64,000 nucleotides of DNA, taken from the NCBI GenBank assembly GCA_017305665.1, contig JAFKKH010000012.1, positions 187,617-251,616 on the forward strand, given 5' to 3'. The stretch's first letter is position 1. Each line of letters opens with the position of its first letter. Below, piece by piece: positions 1 through 10,154 of this stretch. Source of the DNA: Hyphomicrobiales bacterium. Its GTDB lineage: Bacteria; Pseudomonadota; Alphaproteobacteria; Rhizobiales; Xanthobacteraceae. The notes beneath the pieces are model-generated. The model ran no database searches, had not been told where the DNA came from, and saw only the letters and a list, made by a program, of their open reading frames with translations. Both the position numbers and the translations under genes were made by a program.

Positions 1-31
1 GGGTCAAAAGACAAACGGGAAGCGAACAAAA

Positions 32-937
32 ATGTCCAAACAGCGCGTTGCGGTCATCGGGCTCGGGTCGATGGGATACGGCATGGCGGTCTCCCTCAGG
101 CGCGCCGGCCATGATGTGACCGGTTGCGACGTCGCGGCGGACACGGTGAAGCGGTTTGTTGCCGAAGGCGGTCGCGGTGCAAAATCGCCGGCCGAAGCGG
201 CAAAGGACGCCGATATCGTCGTCAGCGTCGTCGTCAATGCCGTCCAGACAGAAGCCATTCTGTTCGGCGCCGATGGCGTTGCGGAGACCTTGCCCAAGAA
301 CGCGGTGTTCGTGTCGTCGGCGACCATGGACCCGGACGTGGCGCGGCGGCTCGCAAAGCAACTCGAGGCGACGGGCCGTCATTATCTCGACGCGCCGATC
401 TCGGGCGGCGCCCAGCGCGCGGCGCAGGGCGAACTCACCATTCTTGCTTCCGGCAGCGCGGCGGCGTTCGCCAGGGCGCGGCCGGCACTCGATGCCATGG
501 CCGCAAAACTTTATGAACTCGGCGATGCGGCCGGACAGGGTGCCGCCTTCAAGATGATCAACCAGCTTTTGGCCGGCGTACACATCGCGGCTGCCAGCGA
601 GGCGATGTCCTTTGCCGCGAAGCAGGGGCTCGATCTTCGCAAGGTCTATGAGGTGATCACCGCGTCGGCCGGCAACTCCTGGATGTTCGAGAACCGCATG
701 CCGCACGTGCTGGACGGCGACTACACGCCACGCAGCGCGGTCGATATTTTCGTCAAAGACCTCGGCATCATCCAGGACATGGCGCGGACGGCGAAATTCC
801 CGGTACCGGTCTCGGCGGCGGCGTTGCAGATGTTCCTGATGACGTCGGCTGCCGGCATGGGCCGCGACGACGACGCGTCGGTGGCGCGGATGTATGCTCG
901 TGTCACCGGCACAAAACTGCCGGGCGACAACACATAA
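32..937 (+). CDS. ltnD: L-threonate dehydrogenase (3-hydroxyisobutyrate dehydrogenase family)
   Basis: GLGSMG Rossmann motif, LDAPISGG and FKMINQLL motifs of beta-hydroxyacid dehydrogenases; adjacent to otnI- and otnK-like genes. Confidence 0.82.
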   Translation: MSKQRVAVIGLGSMGYGMAVSLRRAGHDVTGCDVAADTVKRFVAEGGRGAKSPAEAAKDADIVVSVVVNAVQTEAILFGADGVAETLPKNAVFVSSATMDPDVARRLAKQLEATGRHYLDAPISGGAQRAAQGELTILASGSAAAFARARPALDAMAAKLYELGDAAGQGAAFKMINQLLAGVHIAAASEAMSFAAKQGLDLRKVYEVITASAGNSWMFENRMPHVLDGDYTPRSAVDIFVKDLGIIQDMARTAKFPVPVSAAALQMFLMTSAAGMGRDDDASVARMYARVTGTKLPGDNT

Positions 938-961
938 CGCAACGACAAGCCGTCAGGACGC

Positions 962-1747
962 ATGATGCCTCGCTTCGCCGCCAATCTCAGCATGATGTTC
1001 ACCGAGGCGCCGTTCCTCGACCGTTTCGACGCGGCGGCCAAAGCCGGCTTCACGGCGGTGGAGTTCCTGTTTCCCTATGATCATCCGGCGGAGGCGATCG
1101 GCGAGCGGCTGCATCGGAACGGTCTGACGCAGGCCCTGTTCAATCTGCCACCGGGCAATTGGGATGCCGGCGAGAAGGGCTTTGCTGCGCGGCCGGACAA
1201 GTTCGATGAATTGAAGCAGAGCCTGACCACTGCGCTGCCCTATGCCAGGGCGACCGGCGTCAAGCGGTTGCATCTGATGTCGGGCCTCGCCGACCGTCAC
1301 GATCCGAAAGCGCTCGCCGCCTTCCGCAAGTCGGTGACTTATGCTGCCGAATTCTTCGCGCCGCATGGCATCGATGTCGTGCTTGAGCCATTGAACATGC
1401 GCAACGTGCCCGGCTACTTCCTCAACGACTTTGGCTTTGCGCGCGATCAGATCGTCGATCTCGGGATTCCGAACCTGAAGCTGCAGTTCGATCTCTATCA
1501 CTGCCAGATCCTGCATGGCGACGTGACCATGCGGCTGCGCGAGATGATGCCTGTCATCGGCCATATCCAGATCGCCAGCATCCCCTCGCGCAACGAGCCG
1601 GATACCGAGGAACTGAACTACGCGTTCCTGTTCGAGGAACTGGACCGGCTCGGCTATGCCGGCTTTGTCGGCTGCGAATACAATCCGCGCGGCAAGACCG
1701 AGGACGGTCTCGGCTGGTTCAAGCCCTATGCGGGAGTGAAGTCATGA
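962..1747 (+). CDS. otnI: 2-oxo-tetronate isomerase (hydroxypyruvate isomerase family); start may be 965
   Basis: MPRFAANLSMMFTE N-terminus, VEFLFPY, QFDLYHCQI, HIQIA and VGCEY motifs of the Hyi/YgbM TIM barrel; stop overlaps otnK start (ATGA). Confidence 0.82.
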   Translation: MMPRFAANLSMMFTEAPFLDRFDAAAKAGFTAVEFLFPYDHPAEAIGERLHRNGLTQALFNLPPGNWDAGEKGFAARPDKFDELKQSLTTALPYARATGVKRLHLMSGLADRHDPKALAAFRKSVTYAAEFFAPHGIDVVLEPLNMRNVPGYFLNDFGFARDQIVDLGIPNLKLQFDLYHCQILHGDVTMRLREMMPVIGHIQIASIPSRNEPDTEELNYAFLFEELDRLGYAGFVGCEYNPRGKTEDGLGWFKPYAGVKS

Positions 1748-3018
1748 CACTGGCGCTCGGCTGCATCGCCGACGACTACACCGGCGCATCCGACCTTGCC
1801 AACACACTGACTCGCTGCGGGTTGCGCACCGTGCAGACCATCGGTGTGCCCTCGGACGATCTCAAGCTGCCCGAGATCGATGCCGTGGTGGTGTCGCTGA
1901 AAAGCCGTTCGATCGCCGCTGCCGATGCGGTGGCGAAATCGTGCGCGGCCGAAAAATGGATGCGCAGCCGCGGCGCGGAGCACGTGCTGTTCAAGATCTG
2001 CTCGACGTTCGATTCCACGGATGCCGGTAATATCGGCCCGGTGATGGATGCGCTGCGCGCAGAGTCCGGCGATGCTGTCGTGCTGGTGACGCCCGCATTC
2101 CCTGAAACCGGTCGCACGGTCTATCAGGGCAACCTGTTCGTCGGCGCTGTGCCGTTGAACGAAAGCCCATTGAAAGATCATCCGCTGAACCCGATGCACG
2201 ACTCCAATCTGGTTCGCGTGCTGACGAGACAGAGCAAGACGGCAATCGGTCTCGTCGATCTCGCCGCCGTTGCGCGCGGCCCTGAGGCAGTGCGCGGCCG
2301 GCTTGCCGATCTTGCGAAGCAGGGCGTTGGCGCGGCGATCATCGATGCGGTGTTCGATCGTGATCTCGAAACCATCGGCACGGTTGCCATCGGCCACAAG
2401 CTCTCCGTCGGCGCATCCGGCATCGGGCTCGGGCTTGCGCGCGCGCTGGTCGCCTCTGGCCGCGTGACCGCTTCGACCGGTGTGGATACCGGCAACGCGG
2501 TCGGCGGCCCGGCGGCATGTCTCGCCGGCAGTTGTTCGCAGGCGACGCTTGGCCAGATCGCGCGAGCCGAACAGGTTATGCCGGTGCTGCATCTCGATCC
2601 GGAACAAGTGATCGCGGGTTCGGATGAAACCCAGCGCGCGCTCGCATGGGCCACGGAGCGCATCGGCAAGGGGCCGGTTCTGATCGCCTCAAGCTCGACG
2701 CCGGATCAGGTCGCGGCGTTGCAGGCCCGTCATGGCCGGGATGCGGCCGGCCACGCCATCGAGCGGGCGATGGCCGACCTGGCGGAGGGGCTGGTTCAGG
2801 CTGGGGTCCGCCGGCTGGTCGTCGCCGGGGGTGAGACATCAGGGGCAGCGGTCGATCGCCTCGGAATTCCCGGCTTCCTGGTGGGCGCGGAGATCGCTGC
2901 CGGGGTGCCGGTGTTGCGTGCGGTCGGCGCCAGGGAAGGAGACATGCTTTTGGCGCTGAAATCGGGCAATTTCGGCGGTCCCGACTTCTTCAGCGACGCG
3001 CTGAGGCTGATGCCCTGA
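1744..3018 (+). CDS. otnK: 3-oxo-tetronate kinase (four-carbon acid sugar kinase family)
   Basis: IADDYTGASD, FKICSTFDST, PAFPETGR, GGETSG and LKSGNFG motifs of the DUF1537/YgbK family. Confidence 0.85.
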   Translation: MTLALGCIADDYTGASDLANTLTRCGLRTVQTIGVPSDDLKLPEIDAVVVSLKSRSIAAADAVAKSCAAEKWMRSRGAEHVLFKICSTFDSTDAGNIGPVMDALRAESGDAVVLVTPAFPETGRTVYQGNLFVGAVPLNESPLKDHPLNPMHDSNLVRVLTRQSKTAIGLVDLAAVARGPEAVRGRLADLAKQGVGAAIIDAVFDRDLETIGTVAIGHKLSVGASGIGLGLARALVASGRVTASTGVDTGNAVGGPAACLAGSCSQATLGQIARAEQVMPVLHLDPEQVIAGSDETQRALAWATERIGKGPVLIASSSTPDQVAALQARHGRDAAGHAIERAMADLAEGLVQAGVRRLVVAGGETSGAAVDRLGIPGFLVGAEIAAGVPVLRAVGAREGDMLLALKSGNFGGPDFFSDALRLMP

Positions 3019-3063
3019 CGTCATTCAGGGTGCCGGATGGTTCCGCCATGGCCGGACGGCAGT

Positions 3064-3079
3064 TTAACCAACTGGTCAA
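3064..3079. promoter_or_regulatory. Candidate operator (imperfect palindrome) upstream of the RND operon
   Basis: TTAACCA-AC-TGGTCAA, 7-bp arms with one mismatch, AT-rich, ~180 bp before the RND start; the cognate regulator is unknown. Confidence 0.3.
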
Positions 3080-3256
3080 TCCGGCGAACTTCCCCCTGTG
3101 CAGACGCGCGATTCGTGCTTTAACCCTGCTCAACGCATCGTGATGGGGCTGTCACGGGACTTCGGGAGGCACAGACCATACCGGTCTGATAAGGAGTTGC
3201 CGCGCGTTGGCGGGTTTTGATCCGCCTGCGACAACAGGGGTCGGATAAACAAGAAA

Positions 3257-6200
3257 ATGGTATCGCTCGTCCGCATTGCGCTGAGCCGCCCTTACACGTT
3301 CGTGGTTCTGGCGCTGCTGCTGCTGATCGTCGGTCCGCTGGCAGCGCTGCGGACACCGACGGATATTTTTCCCAATATCGGCATCCCCGTCATTGGCGTG
3401 GTCTGGAAATACACCGGGCTGCCGCCCGATGGCATGGCGGGGCGCATCACGACGCCATTTCAGCAGGCCCTGACCACAACCGTCAATGACATCGACCACA
3501 TCGTGGCGAATTCGTACAACGGCGTCAGCATCATCAAGATTTTCTTTCAACCGAACGTCAACATCCAGACCGCCAATGCGCAGGTTACTGCGATCGCGCA
3601 GACCATGATCAAGCAGTTGCCGCAAGGTGCGACGCCGCCGTTGATCCTCAACTACAGCGCGTCGACGGTCCCGATCATCCAGGTGGCGCTGGCGGGCGAG
3701 GGGCTGACCGAGCAGAACCTGTTCGACATCGCGACCAATCAACTGCGTACGCCGCTCGTGACCGTGCCCGGCGCCGCGATCCCGTGGCCGTATGGCGGCA
3801 AGCAGCGGCAGATCCAGATCGATCTCGATCCAGCCGCGCTGCAGGCACGCGGCCTGTCGGCGCAGGATGTCGCCAATGCGCTGGCGGCCCAAAATCTCAT
3901 CACGCCGGTCGGTACGCAAAAGATCGGCCAGTTCGAATACACCATCAACCTGAACAATTCGCCCCTGACGATCGAGGGTCTGGGCAATTTGCCGATCAGG
4001 GTCGCCGATGGCGCCATGGTCTATGTTCATGATGTCGCGCATGTCCGGGACGGAAATCCGCCGCAGACCAACATCGTTCACGTCGACGGCGGCCGGTCGG
4101 TGCTGATGATGGTGCTGAAGGCGGGATCGGTGTCCACGCTGGACATCATCAATGGCGTCAAGAAGAAGATCGCCGAGGTCCGCGATGCGCTGCCCGAGGC
4201 GCTCAAGATCGGGTTGATCGGCGATCAATCCATCTTCGTGCGCAACGCCATTGCCGGCGTCGCGATCGAAGGCGTGATCGCGGCCGTCCTGACCAGCCTG
4301 ATGATCCTTCTCTTTCTTGGAAGCTGGCGATCCACGCTGATCATTGCGATCTCGATCCCGTTGTCCGTGCTCGGCGCCATCATCATGCTGGCGCTGACCG
4401 GCGAGACGCTGAACATCATGACGCTCGGCGGCCTTGCGCTCGCGGTCGGTATTCTCGTTGACGACGCGACGGTGACGATCGAGAACATCAACTGGCATCT
4501 CGAGCAAGGCAAGCAGGTCGAGCCCGCGATCCTCGATGGCGCGAACCAGATCGTGACACCGGCATTCGTCTCGCTGCTGTGCATCTGTATCGTGTTCGTG
4601 CCGATGTTTTTCCTCACCGGAGTTTCGCGGTTCCTGTTCGTGCCGATGGCGATGGCCGTGATGTTTGCCATGGTCTGGTCGTTCATCCTGTCGCGCACGC
4701 TGGTGCCGACCATGGCGAAGTATTTGCTCAAGCCGCACATCCATCACGAGGAAAGACCGTCGTCGCGTAATCCGCTGGTCTGGTTCCAGCGCGCCTTCGA
4801 GGCGCGATTTGAAGGCCTTCGTGGCGGTTACCACAGCGTGCTGGAACTCGCGCTCAATCATCGCAAGGTGTTCGTGACCGGGTTCCTGGGCTGCGTCGCG
4901 CTGTCGTTCCTGCTGGTGCCGTTCCTCGGCCGGAACTTCTTTCCGTCGGTGGACGCCGGTCAGATGCTGATTCACGTTCGCCAGCAGATCGGAACGCGGG
5001 TGGAGGAAACCGCGAACCGGCTGGCCGGCGTTGAGCGGGAGATTCGCCGGATCATTCCGCCGGACCAGATTGATACCATCGCCGACAACATCGGCATGCC
5101 GGTGTCAGGCATCAACATGACCTACAACAACACCGGCGTGATCGGTCCGCAGGACGGCGACATCCAGATCAAGCTGAAGGAAGATCATCGGCCCACCGCG
5201 GAATATGTCAAACTCCTGCGTGAGAAGCTGCCGCGCGCGTTTCCGGGCATGTCGTTTGCGTTCCTGCCGGCCGACATCGTCAGCCAGATCCTGAACTTCG
5301 GCGCACCGGCGCCGATCGACCTGCAGGTGCGCGGCGCCGATGCGGACGCGAATTTCAAATATGCCAATGCGCTCCTGCGTCGCATTCGTCTCATTCCGGG
5401 AATTGCCGATGCGCGAATCCAGCAGTCGCCGAACAGTCCGGGATTCGACGTCGATATCGATCGCACGCGCGCGCAATATGTCGGCGTCACGGCGCGCGAC
5501 GTGACCAACAGCCTGGTCGTCAATCTGGCCGGAAGCTCGCAAGTCGCGCCGACCTTCTTCCTCAGCCCCGAAAACGGCGTGTCGTACTCCATCGTGATGC
5601 AGACGCCCGAATACGAGATGGATTCCCTGAACAAGCTGGAAACGCTCCCGATCTCGACCGCGAAAACGCAATCGCCTCCCATCCTCGGCGGCATCGCCAA
5701 CATCAAGCGGACGCGCGGGAGCGCGGTGGTGTCGCAATACGACATTAAACCGCTGGTCCAGATTTACGCGACGACGCAAGGACGCGATCTCGGTGCGGTG
5801 GCTGCCGACATCCAAAAGCTGGTCGCCGAAACCGCAAAGGATGTGCCTCGCGGCAGTTCGGTGGCGCTGCTCGGGCAGGTCGACACGATGAACAAGGCGT
5901 TTGCGGGATTGCTGTTCGGTCTGCTCGGCGCGGTCGTGCTGATCTATCTTCTGATCGTGGTCAATTTCCAGTCATGGTCGGATCCGTTCGTGATCATCAT
6001 GGCGCTGCCTGCGGCGCTCGCGGGTATCATCTGGATGCTGTTCACGACGCATACGACCCTGTCGGTGCCTGCGTTGACCGGAGCGATCATGTGCATGGGC
6101 GTTGCAACCGCGAACAGCGTGCTGGTCATCAGCTTCGCGCGCGAGCGCTATGAGATAACCGGGGATCCGGTGCAGGCGGCGCTCGAAGCCGGTTTCGTCC

Positions 6201-6433
6201 GCTTCCGCCCCGTTCTGATGACGGCGCTCGCCATGATCATCGGCATGACGCCCATGGCACTCAGCCTCGGCGAGGGCGGTGAACAGAACGCGCCGCTCGG
6301 CCGCGCCGTGGTGGGCGGCCTGATCTTTGCGACTTTCGCGACACTGATGTTTGTCCCGGTGGTTTTCAGCATGGTACATAAGAAACGGACCGCGCAAGGC
6401 GCGGTGACGTCGGAGCCCGCGCATGCCCATTGA
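3257..6433 (+). CDS. RND efflux transporter permease subunit (AcrB/CusA/CzcA superfamily)
   Basis: 1058 aa, two repeats of TM plus large periplasmic loop, GILVDDATVTIENI proton-relay motif, RFRPVLMT and PLGRAVVGG C-terminal motifs. Confidence 0.95.
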   Translation: MVSLVRIALSRPYTFVVLALLLLIVGPLAALRTPTDIFPNIGIPVIGVVWKYTGLPPDGMAGRITTPFQQALTTTVNDIDHIVANSYNGVSIIKIFFQPNVNIQTANAQVTAIAQTMIKQLPQGATPPLILNYSASTVPIIQVALAGEGLTEQNLFDIATNQLRTPLVTVPGAAIPWPYGGKQRQIQIDLDPAALQARGLSAQDVANALAAQNLITPVGTQKIGQFEYTINLNNSPLTIEGLGNLPIRVADGAMVYVHDVAHVRDGNPPQTNIVHVDGGRSVLMMVLKAGSVSTLDIINGVKKKIAEVRDALPEALKIGLIGDQSIFVRNAIAGVAIEGVIAAVLTSLMILLFLGSWRSTLIIAISIPLSVLGAIIMLALTGETLNIMTLGGLALAVGILVDDATVTIENINWHLEQGKQVEPAILDGANQIVTPAFVSLLCICIVFVPMFFLTGVSRFLFVPMAMAVMFAMVWSFILSRTLVPTMAKYLLKPHIHHEERPSSRNPLVWFQRAFEARFEGLRGGYHSVLELALNHRKVFVTGFLGCVALSFLLVPFLGRNFFPSVDAGQMLIHVRQQIGTRVEETANRLAGVEREIRRIIPPDQIDTIADNIGMPVSGINMTYNNTGVIGPQDGDIQIKLKEDHRPTAEYVKLLREKLPRAFPGMSFAFLPADIVSQILNFGAPAPIDLQVRGADADANFKYANALLRRIRLIPGIADARIQQSPNSPGFDVDIDRTRAQYVGVTARDVTNSLVVNLAGSSQVAPTFFLSPENGVSYSIVMQTPEYEMDSLNKLETLPISTAKTQSPPILGGIANIKRTRGSAVVSQYDIKPLVQIYATTQGRDLGAVAADIQKLVAETAKDVPRGSSVALLGQVDTMNKAFAGLLFGLLGAVVLIYLLIVVNFQSWSDPFVIIMALPAALAGIIWMLFTTHTTLSVPALTGAIMCMGVATANSVLVISFARERYEITGDPVQAALEAGFVRFRPVLMTALAMIIGMTPMALSLGEGGEQNAPLGRAVVGGLIFATFATLMFVPVVFSMVHKKRTAQGAVTSEPAHAH

Positions 6434-7616
6434 TCAAAACCCTCGGGTCTCTCCGAAAAAGCTCGGGCTGTTCGGCGCTGCTGGCGTCTGTGTGGCCGCT
6501 TTCATCGTCGTGACGGGGGTGGCGTCACGCGAGAAAAGTAGCGCCGATTTGCGCACCTGGACCGACGAGCAGGCGACCCCGTCGGTCGCCGTCATGCATC
6601 CGGATGCGCGGCCGCTCAGTCCGACGCTGGAATTGCCAGGACGGCTGGAGGCCTATTCCCGCGCCCCGATCTACGCGCGCGTCAGCGGCTATGTGAAAAA
6701 CTGGAAGGCCGATATCGGCGCGCAGGTGAAGGCGGGGCAAATGCTTGCCCAGATCGATGCGCCCGACCTCGATCAGCAGCTTCTGCAGGCGCGGGCCGAT
6801 CTGCTCAGCGCTCAGGCGAGCGCCGAACTGTCCGCCGCGACGCTGGAACGCCGCAAGACACTCTTAAGCTCCAACTTCGTGTCGCATCAGGAAATCGACG
6901 AACGGACCGCAGATCTGGCGAACAAGCAGGCGGCGGTGAAGGCCGGGCAGGCCAATGTCGACCGTCTCGAAGCCCTGTCCAGCTACAAGAACATCACCGC
7001 GCCGTTTGACGGCGTGGTGACGGCGCGCAACACCGATGTTGGTGCCCTGATCAATGCCGGCGCTTCGACCGCACCGGCCATGTTCGTGGTTTCCGACATC
7101 CGCAAGCTGCGTGTCTACGTCAACGCCCCGCAGAATTATGTTCCCTCGATCCGGGTCGGCGGGTCTGCGAAGGTCTCAGTTCCTGGATATGGCGACGAGA
7201 CGTTTCCGGCGACGGTAGACTCGTCCTCGCATTCCGTCGATGCCAACACCGGCACGACGCGCATCCAGCTCACGCTCGACAATCCGAAGCACCGGCTGAT
7301 GCCGGGCAGCTACGCCACTGTGCGGCTCGATCTCGTCCGCGACAAGGCGCCGCTCTATATCCCGGCGAGCGCGCTGCTGTTCAACAGCAATGGTCTTCGC
7401 GTCGCCACCGTCGATGCCGACAGCCGAATCCGGTTCAAGACCGTGACGATCGCGCGTGACCTCGGCAAGGAGATCGAGCTCGGTTCGGGACTGGCTGCGG
7501 ACGATCGAGTCATCGTGGCGCCGCCGGACGGCATGGTGGATGGCGATCGGGTGCGTGTCGCCGGCGCCGACAAGGATTCCAAGCCCGAGAAGGTTTCGGC
7601 GAACGTTAAGGGTTAG
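6423..7616 (+). CDS. RND periplasmic adaptor (membrane fusion protein)
   Basis: N-terminal TM anchor, ARVSGYV...VKAGQMLAQI lipoyl half, coiled-coil hairpin, ITAPFDGVV; overlaps the permease stop. Confidence 0.92.
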   Translation: MPIDQNPRVSPKKLGLFGAAGVCVAAFIVVTGVASREKSSADLRTWTDEQATPSVAVMHPDARPLSPTLELPGRLEAYSRAPIYARVSGYVKNWKADIGAQVKAGQMLAQIDAPDLDQQLLQARADLLSAQASAELSAATLERRKTLLSSNFVSHQEIDERTADLANKQAAVKAGQANVDRLEALSSYKNITAPFDGVVTARNTDVGALINAGASTAPAMFVVSDIRKLRVYVNAPQNYVPSIRVGGSAKVSVPGYGDETFPATVDSSSHSVDANTGTTRIQLTLDNPKHRLMPGSYATVRLDLVRDKAPLYIPASALLFNSNGLRVATVDADSRIRFKTVTIARDLGKEIELGSGLAADDRVIVAPPDGMVDGDRVRVAGADKDSKPEKVSANVKG

Positions 7617-7628
7617 GCTAGCTGCCGG

Positions 7629-8513
7629 TCATGGCCGGAAGATCGCGCGCTGCGCCGTGACTTCCTCGATGATGAAATCGGAAATCGCCCGAACGCGGCT
7701 CAGCCTGCGCAAGTCGACGTGGGTGATGATCCAGTAACTGCGCTCGAATACGATGTCGGGCATTACCATCTGCAAGCGGGTGTCGTGACTTCCGGCATAG
7801 TCGTGCAGGATGCCGATGCCGACGCCGTTCCGTACGGCCTCGAGTTGACCGACCGCGCTGGCGCATTCGAGCCGGCTGTAGCCGGGACTGTAAAGCTCCG
7901 GCATGAAATTGAGCTGATCGGCGAACACCAGGTCCTGCACGTAGGTCACGAGGTTGTGGCGCGTGAGATCCGCTGCGGTCTGTGGTGTGCCGTTGGCGGC
8001 GAGATAGTCCTTCGCGGCATAGAAATGCAGGGAGTAGTCCACCAGCTTGCGCACCGCGAGCCGGCCTTCCTCCGGCCGCTCGATGGTGATGGCGAGATCG
8101 GCCTCGCGCTTCGACAATGAGAACGTGCGCGACATCGGCACGAGCTGGATGGTCAGCGACGGATATTTCGCCTTCAGCTTGCCGAGGCGTGAACACAGAA
8201 ACAGCGTGGTGAAGCCGTCGGGCGCCGCGATGCGCACGGTGCCGGAGAGTTCGACATCGGACTGCGAGAGATCGCCCTGCGCGCGCAGCAACTGCGCCTC
8301 GACCTCTTCGGCGGATTCAAGCAGCCGCTCGCCGGCGGCGGTCAGCACGCAGCCGGTGGTCTGGCGGTCGAACAGGCGTACGCCGAGCGAGGTTTCCAGC
8401 GCGCCGATCCTGCGGCTGACCGTGCCGTGGTCGACCCTGAGCTGCCGTGCGGCGGCCAGAAACTGTCCCGCGCGTGCCACGCTGAGGAAGACGCGGATGT
8501 TGTCCCAGTCCAT
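7629..8513 (-). CDS. LysR-family transcriptional regulator
   Basis: MDWDNIRVFLSVARAGQFLAAARQLRVDHGTVSRRI HTH plus substrate-binding domain; start placed at MDWD (8513), not 8537. Confidence 0.93.
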   Translation of the reverse strand: MDWDNIRVFLSVARAGQFLAAARQLRVDHGTVSRRIGALETSLGVRLFDRQTTGCVLTAAGERLLESAEEVEAQLLRAQGDLSQSDVELSGTVRIAAPDGFTTLFLCSRLGKLKAKYPSLTIQLVPMSRTFSLSKREADLAITIERPEEGRLAVRKLVDYSLHFYAAKDYLAANGTPQTAADLTRHNLVTYVQDLVFADQLNFMPELYSPGYSRLECASAVGQLEAVRNGVGIGILHDYAGSHDTRLQMVMPDIVFERSYWIITHVDLRRLSRVRAISDFIIEEVTAQRAIFRP

Positions 8514-8534
8514 GCAAATACCGGTGTTTTTGCA
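8513..8534. promoter_or_regulatory. Inverted repeat over the LysR start, possible autoregulatory site
   Basis: TGCAAA-N10-TTTGCA overlapping the initiation codon. Confidence 0.3.
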
Positions 8535-8613
8535 CAAGAGATGGGGCGTTATTGCATCGTGTGTGCCGAAATACCAGCCTTGGGCGAAGGATCATTCCAT
8601 CCGCCCAAAAACC

Positions 8614-10137
8614 TCACGAGATGGCCTGCCATTCTAGCATGCCGTCGGCGGCGGTCGAAATCGCGCCGGATGATCCGACCGGCGTCCGGTCCATGTCGAG
8701 TAGCCGCGCCAAGGTCGCCGTGTCCGATACCGGCACCCGCGCCAGCGTCCGCGCATCCTCGGCCGTCCGCAGCATGACGACGCCGTGCTGGGCTTCCCCC
8801 TTGCCGCCGTAGATCACGGTGAAGCTTTCGACGGTGCCGCGTCCCTTGGCGTCGGTGACAAAGGACGGCGCCGGCTTGCGATGGCGATCGGCCTCCGCCT
8901 GCACGCTGGTCTCCTGCGCGATGGCGCCGTCCGGCGCGCGCCGCGACAGCACCAGCCCGTGATGCTTGGTGACGAAGCCGCCCTGACCGTAGAGCAGGCC
9001 GAGCTTGGTGCCGCCGCGCAGCTTGCGGACCATCGCACAAGCTGCGTGCGTCATGTAGGTATTGAGCGGTGCGCCGAAGAAGGTGAGGCCGCCGTTCACG
9101 GTCGGCTGCACGTCGGACCCGAACCCGAGCGTGCGCCGCGCCATCTTCGGCACGCACGGGAAGCAGCTATAGAGCTCGACGGCGTCGAACGCCTTGCCGT
9201 CGCCGCCGACCAGCGCCATGACAGCTTTCAGCACGGCATTCTGCGCGTGGCTTTCGTGGAACTGGTCGCGCTCGAGATAGTCGCGTGGCTCCTCGGCCGA
9301 TGCGCCACCCCAGACATGGATCATGCGATCCTCCGGGATTCCTGCGGCGCGCGCCTTCGCCAGACTGGTCATCAGCAGCGCCGCGCCTTGATTGACCGAC
9401 GGATTGGCCACCATCAGCTTGGTGTAGGGCCACGCGATCAGCCGGTTGTCGGCGGTCGGTGTCGTGATGTCGTCGGGCGCGAACTCGCGCTTCAGCCAGG
9501 CGTTCGGATTACCGGCGGCCACCTTGGAATATTTCGACCAGAGGTCGCCGGATTCCTGCAGCGCCTCGCGCGGCGTCAGTCCCCAATGCGCCGCGGTCGC
9601 CGCCTCATAGAGCGGATAGACTGTGATCGGTCTGAATACGCCGAGCTTCACCGCCGTCGGCTTCTGGTAACTCGCGCCGCGCAACGGCTCCGGCGCATCA
9701 TGCGCGAACGGCGTCCATGGCAGCGTCACGCCGGCGCGTTCGGCCTTGGTGGCCGTGCTCTGCGCTTCGGCACCGCAGACCGCGGCGACGCTGCTTTCGC
9801 CGCGCGCAATCCGCTGCGCCGCCTCGTGCAGGTAGCGGATCGGGCTCTCGCCGCCGACCGGGCCGTAATAGGCGTGCTTCGGCTTGATGTTCAGCTTGGC
9901 GCTGAGTTGCGCTACGGGGTCCTGGTAGCGCCAGCTCAGGAAGTTGACGATGTCGAGCGAGTCGATGTCGCGGAGCAGGGAAGCGCCGCTGTCCTGTTCG
10001 GCGCGCTTCAGCGCGGCTTCCAGCAGCGCCAACGGTTCGAGACCGTCTGCGATGTTTGCCGGGTGATCGGAGATTTCGCCGATCCCGACGATGACGGGGA
10101 TGCGGTCGTCGGACACGGGAGATTTGGCTTCAGTCAT
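8614..10137 (-). CDS. Thiolase-like protein (TLP1 type) with extra C-terminal domain
   Basis: Thiolase fold motifs VIVGIGE, MVANPSVNQGAA, LYSCFP, NGGLTFFGAP; GGESP where the nucleophilic Cys normally lies; ~100-aa C-terminal extension starting GTVESFTV. Confidence 0.75.
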   Translation of the reverse strand: MTEAKSPVSDDRIPVIVGIGEISDHPANIADGLEPLALLEAALKRAEQDSGASLLRDIDSLDIVNFLSWRYQDPVAQLSAKLNIKPKHAYYGPVGGESPIRYLHEAAQRIARGESSVAAVCGAEAQSTATKAERAGVTLPWTPFAHDAPEPLRGASYQKPTAVKLGVFRPITVYPLYEAATAAHWGLTPREALQESGDLWSKYSKVAAGNPNAWLKREFAPDDITTPTADNRLIAWPYTKLMVANPSVNQGAALLMTSLAKARAAGIPEDRMIHVWGGASAEEPRDYLERDQFHESHAQNAVLKAVMALVGGDGKAFDAVELYSCFPCVPKMARRTLGFGSDVQPTVNGGLTFFGAPLNTYMTHAACAMVRKLRGGTKLGLLYGQGGFVTKHHGLVLSRRAPDGAIAQETSVQAEADRHRKPAPSFVTDAKGRGTVESFTVIYGGKGEAQHGVVMLRTAEDARTLARVPVSDTATLARLLDMDRTPVGSSGAISTAADGMLEWQAIS

Positions 10138-10154
10138 TGTCTTGCGTTTCTTTC

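Noticed and set aside
3013-3030. Terminator after otnK (CCCTGA-N6-TCAGGG)
   Set aside because: Short stem overlapping the stop codon and no U-tract.
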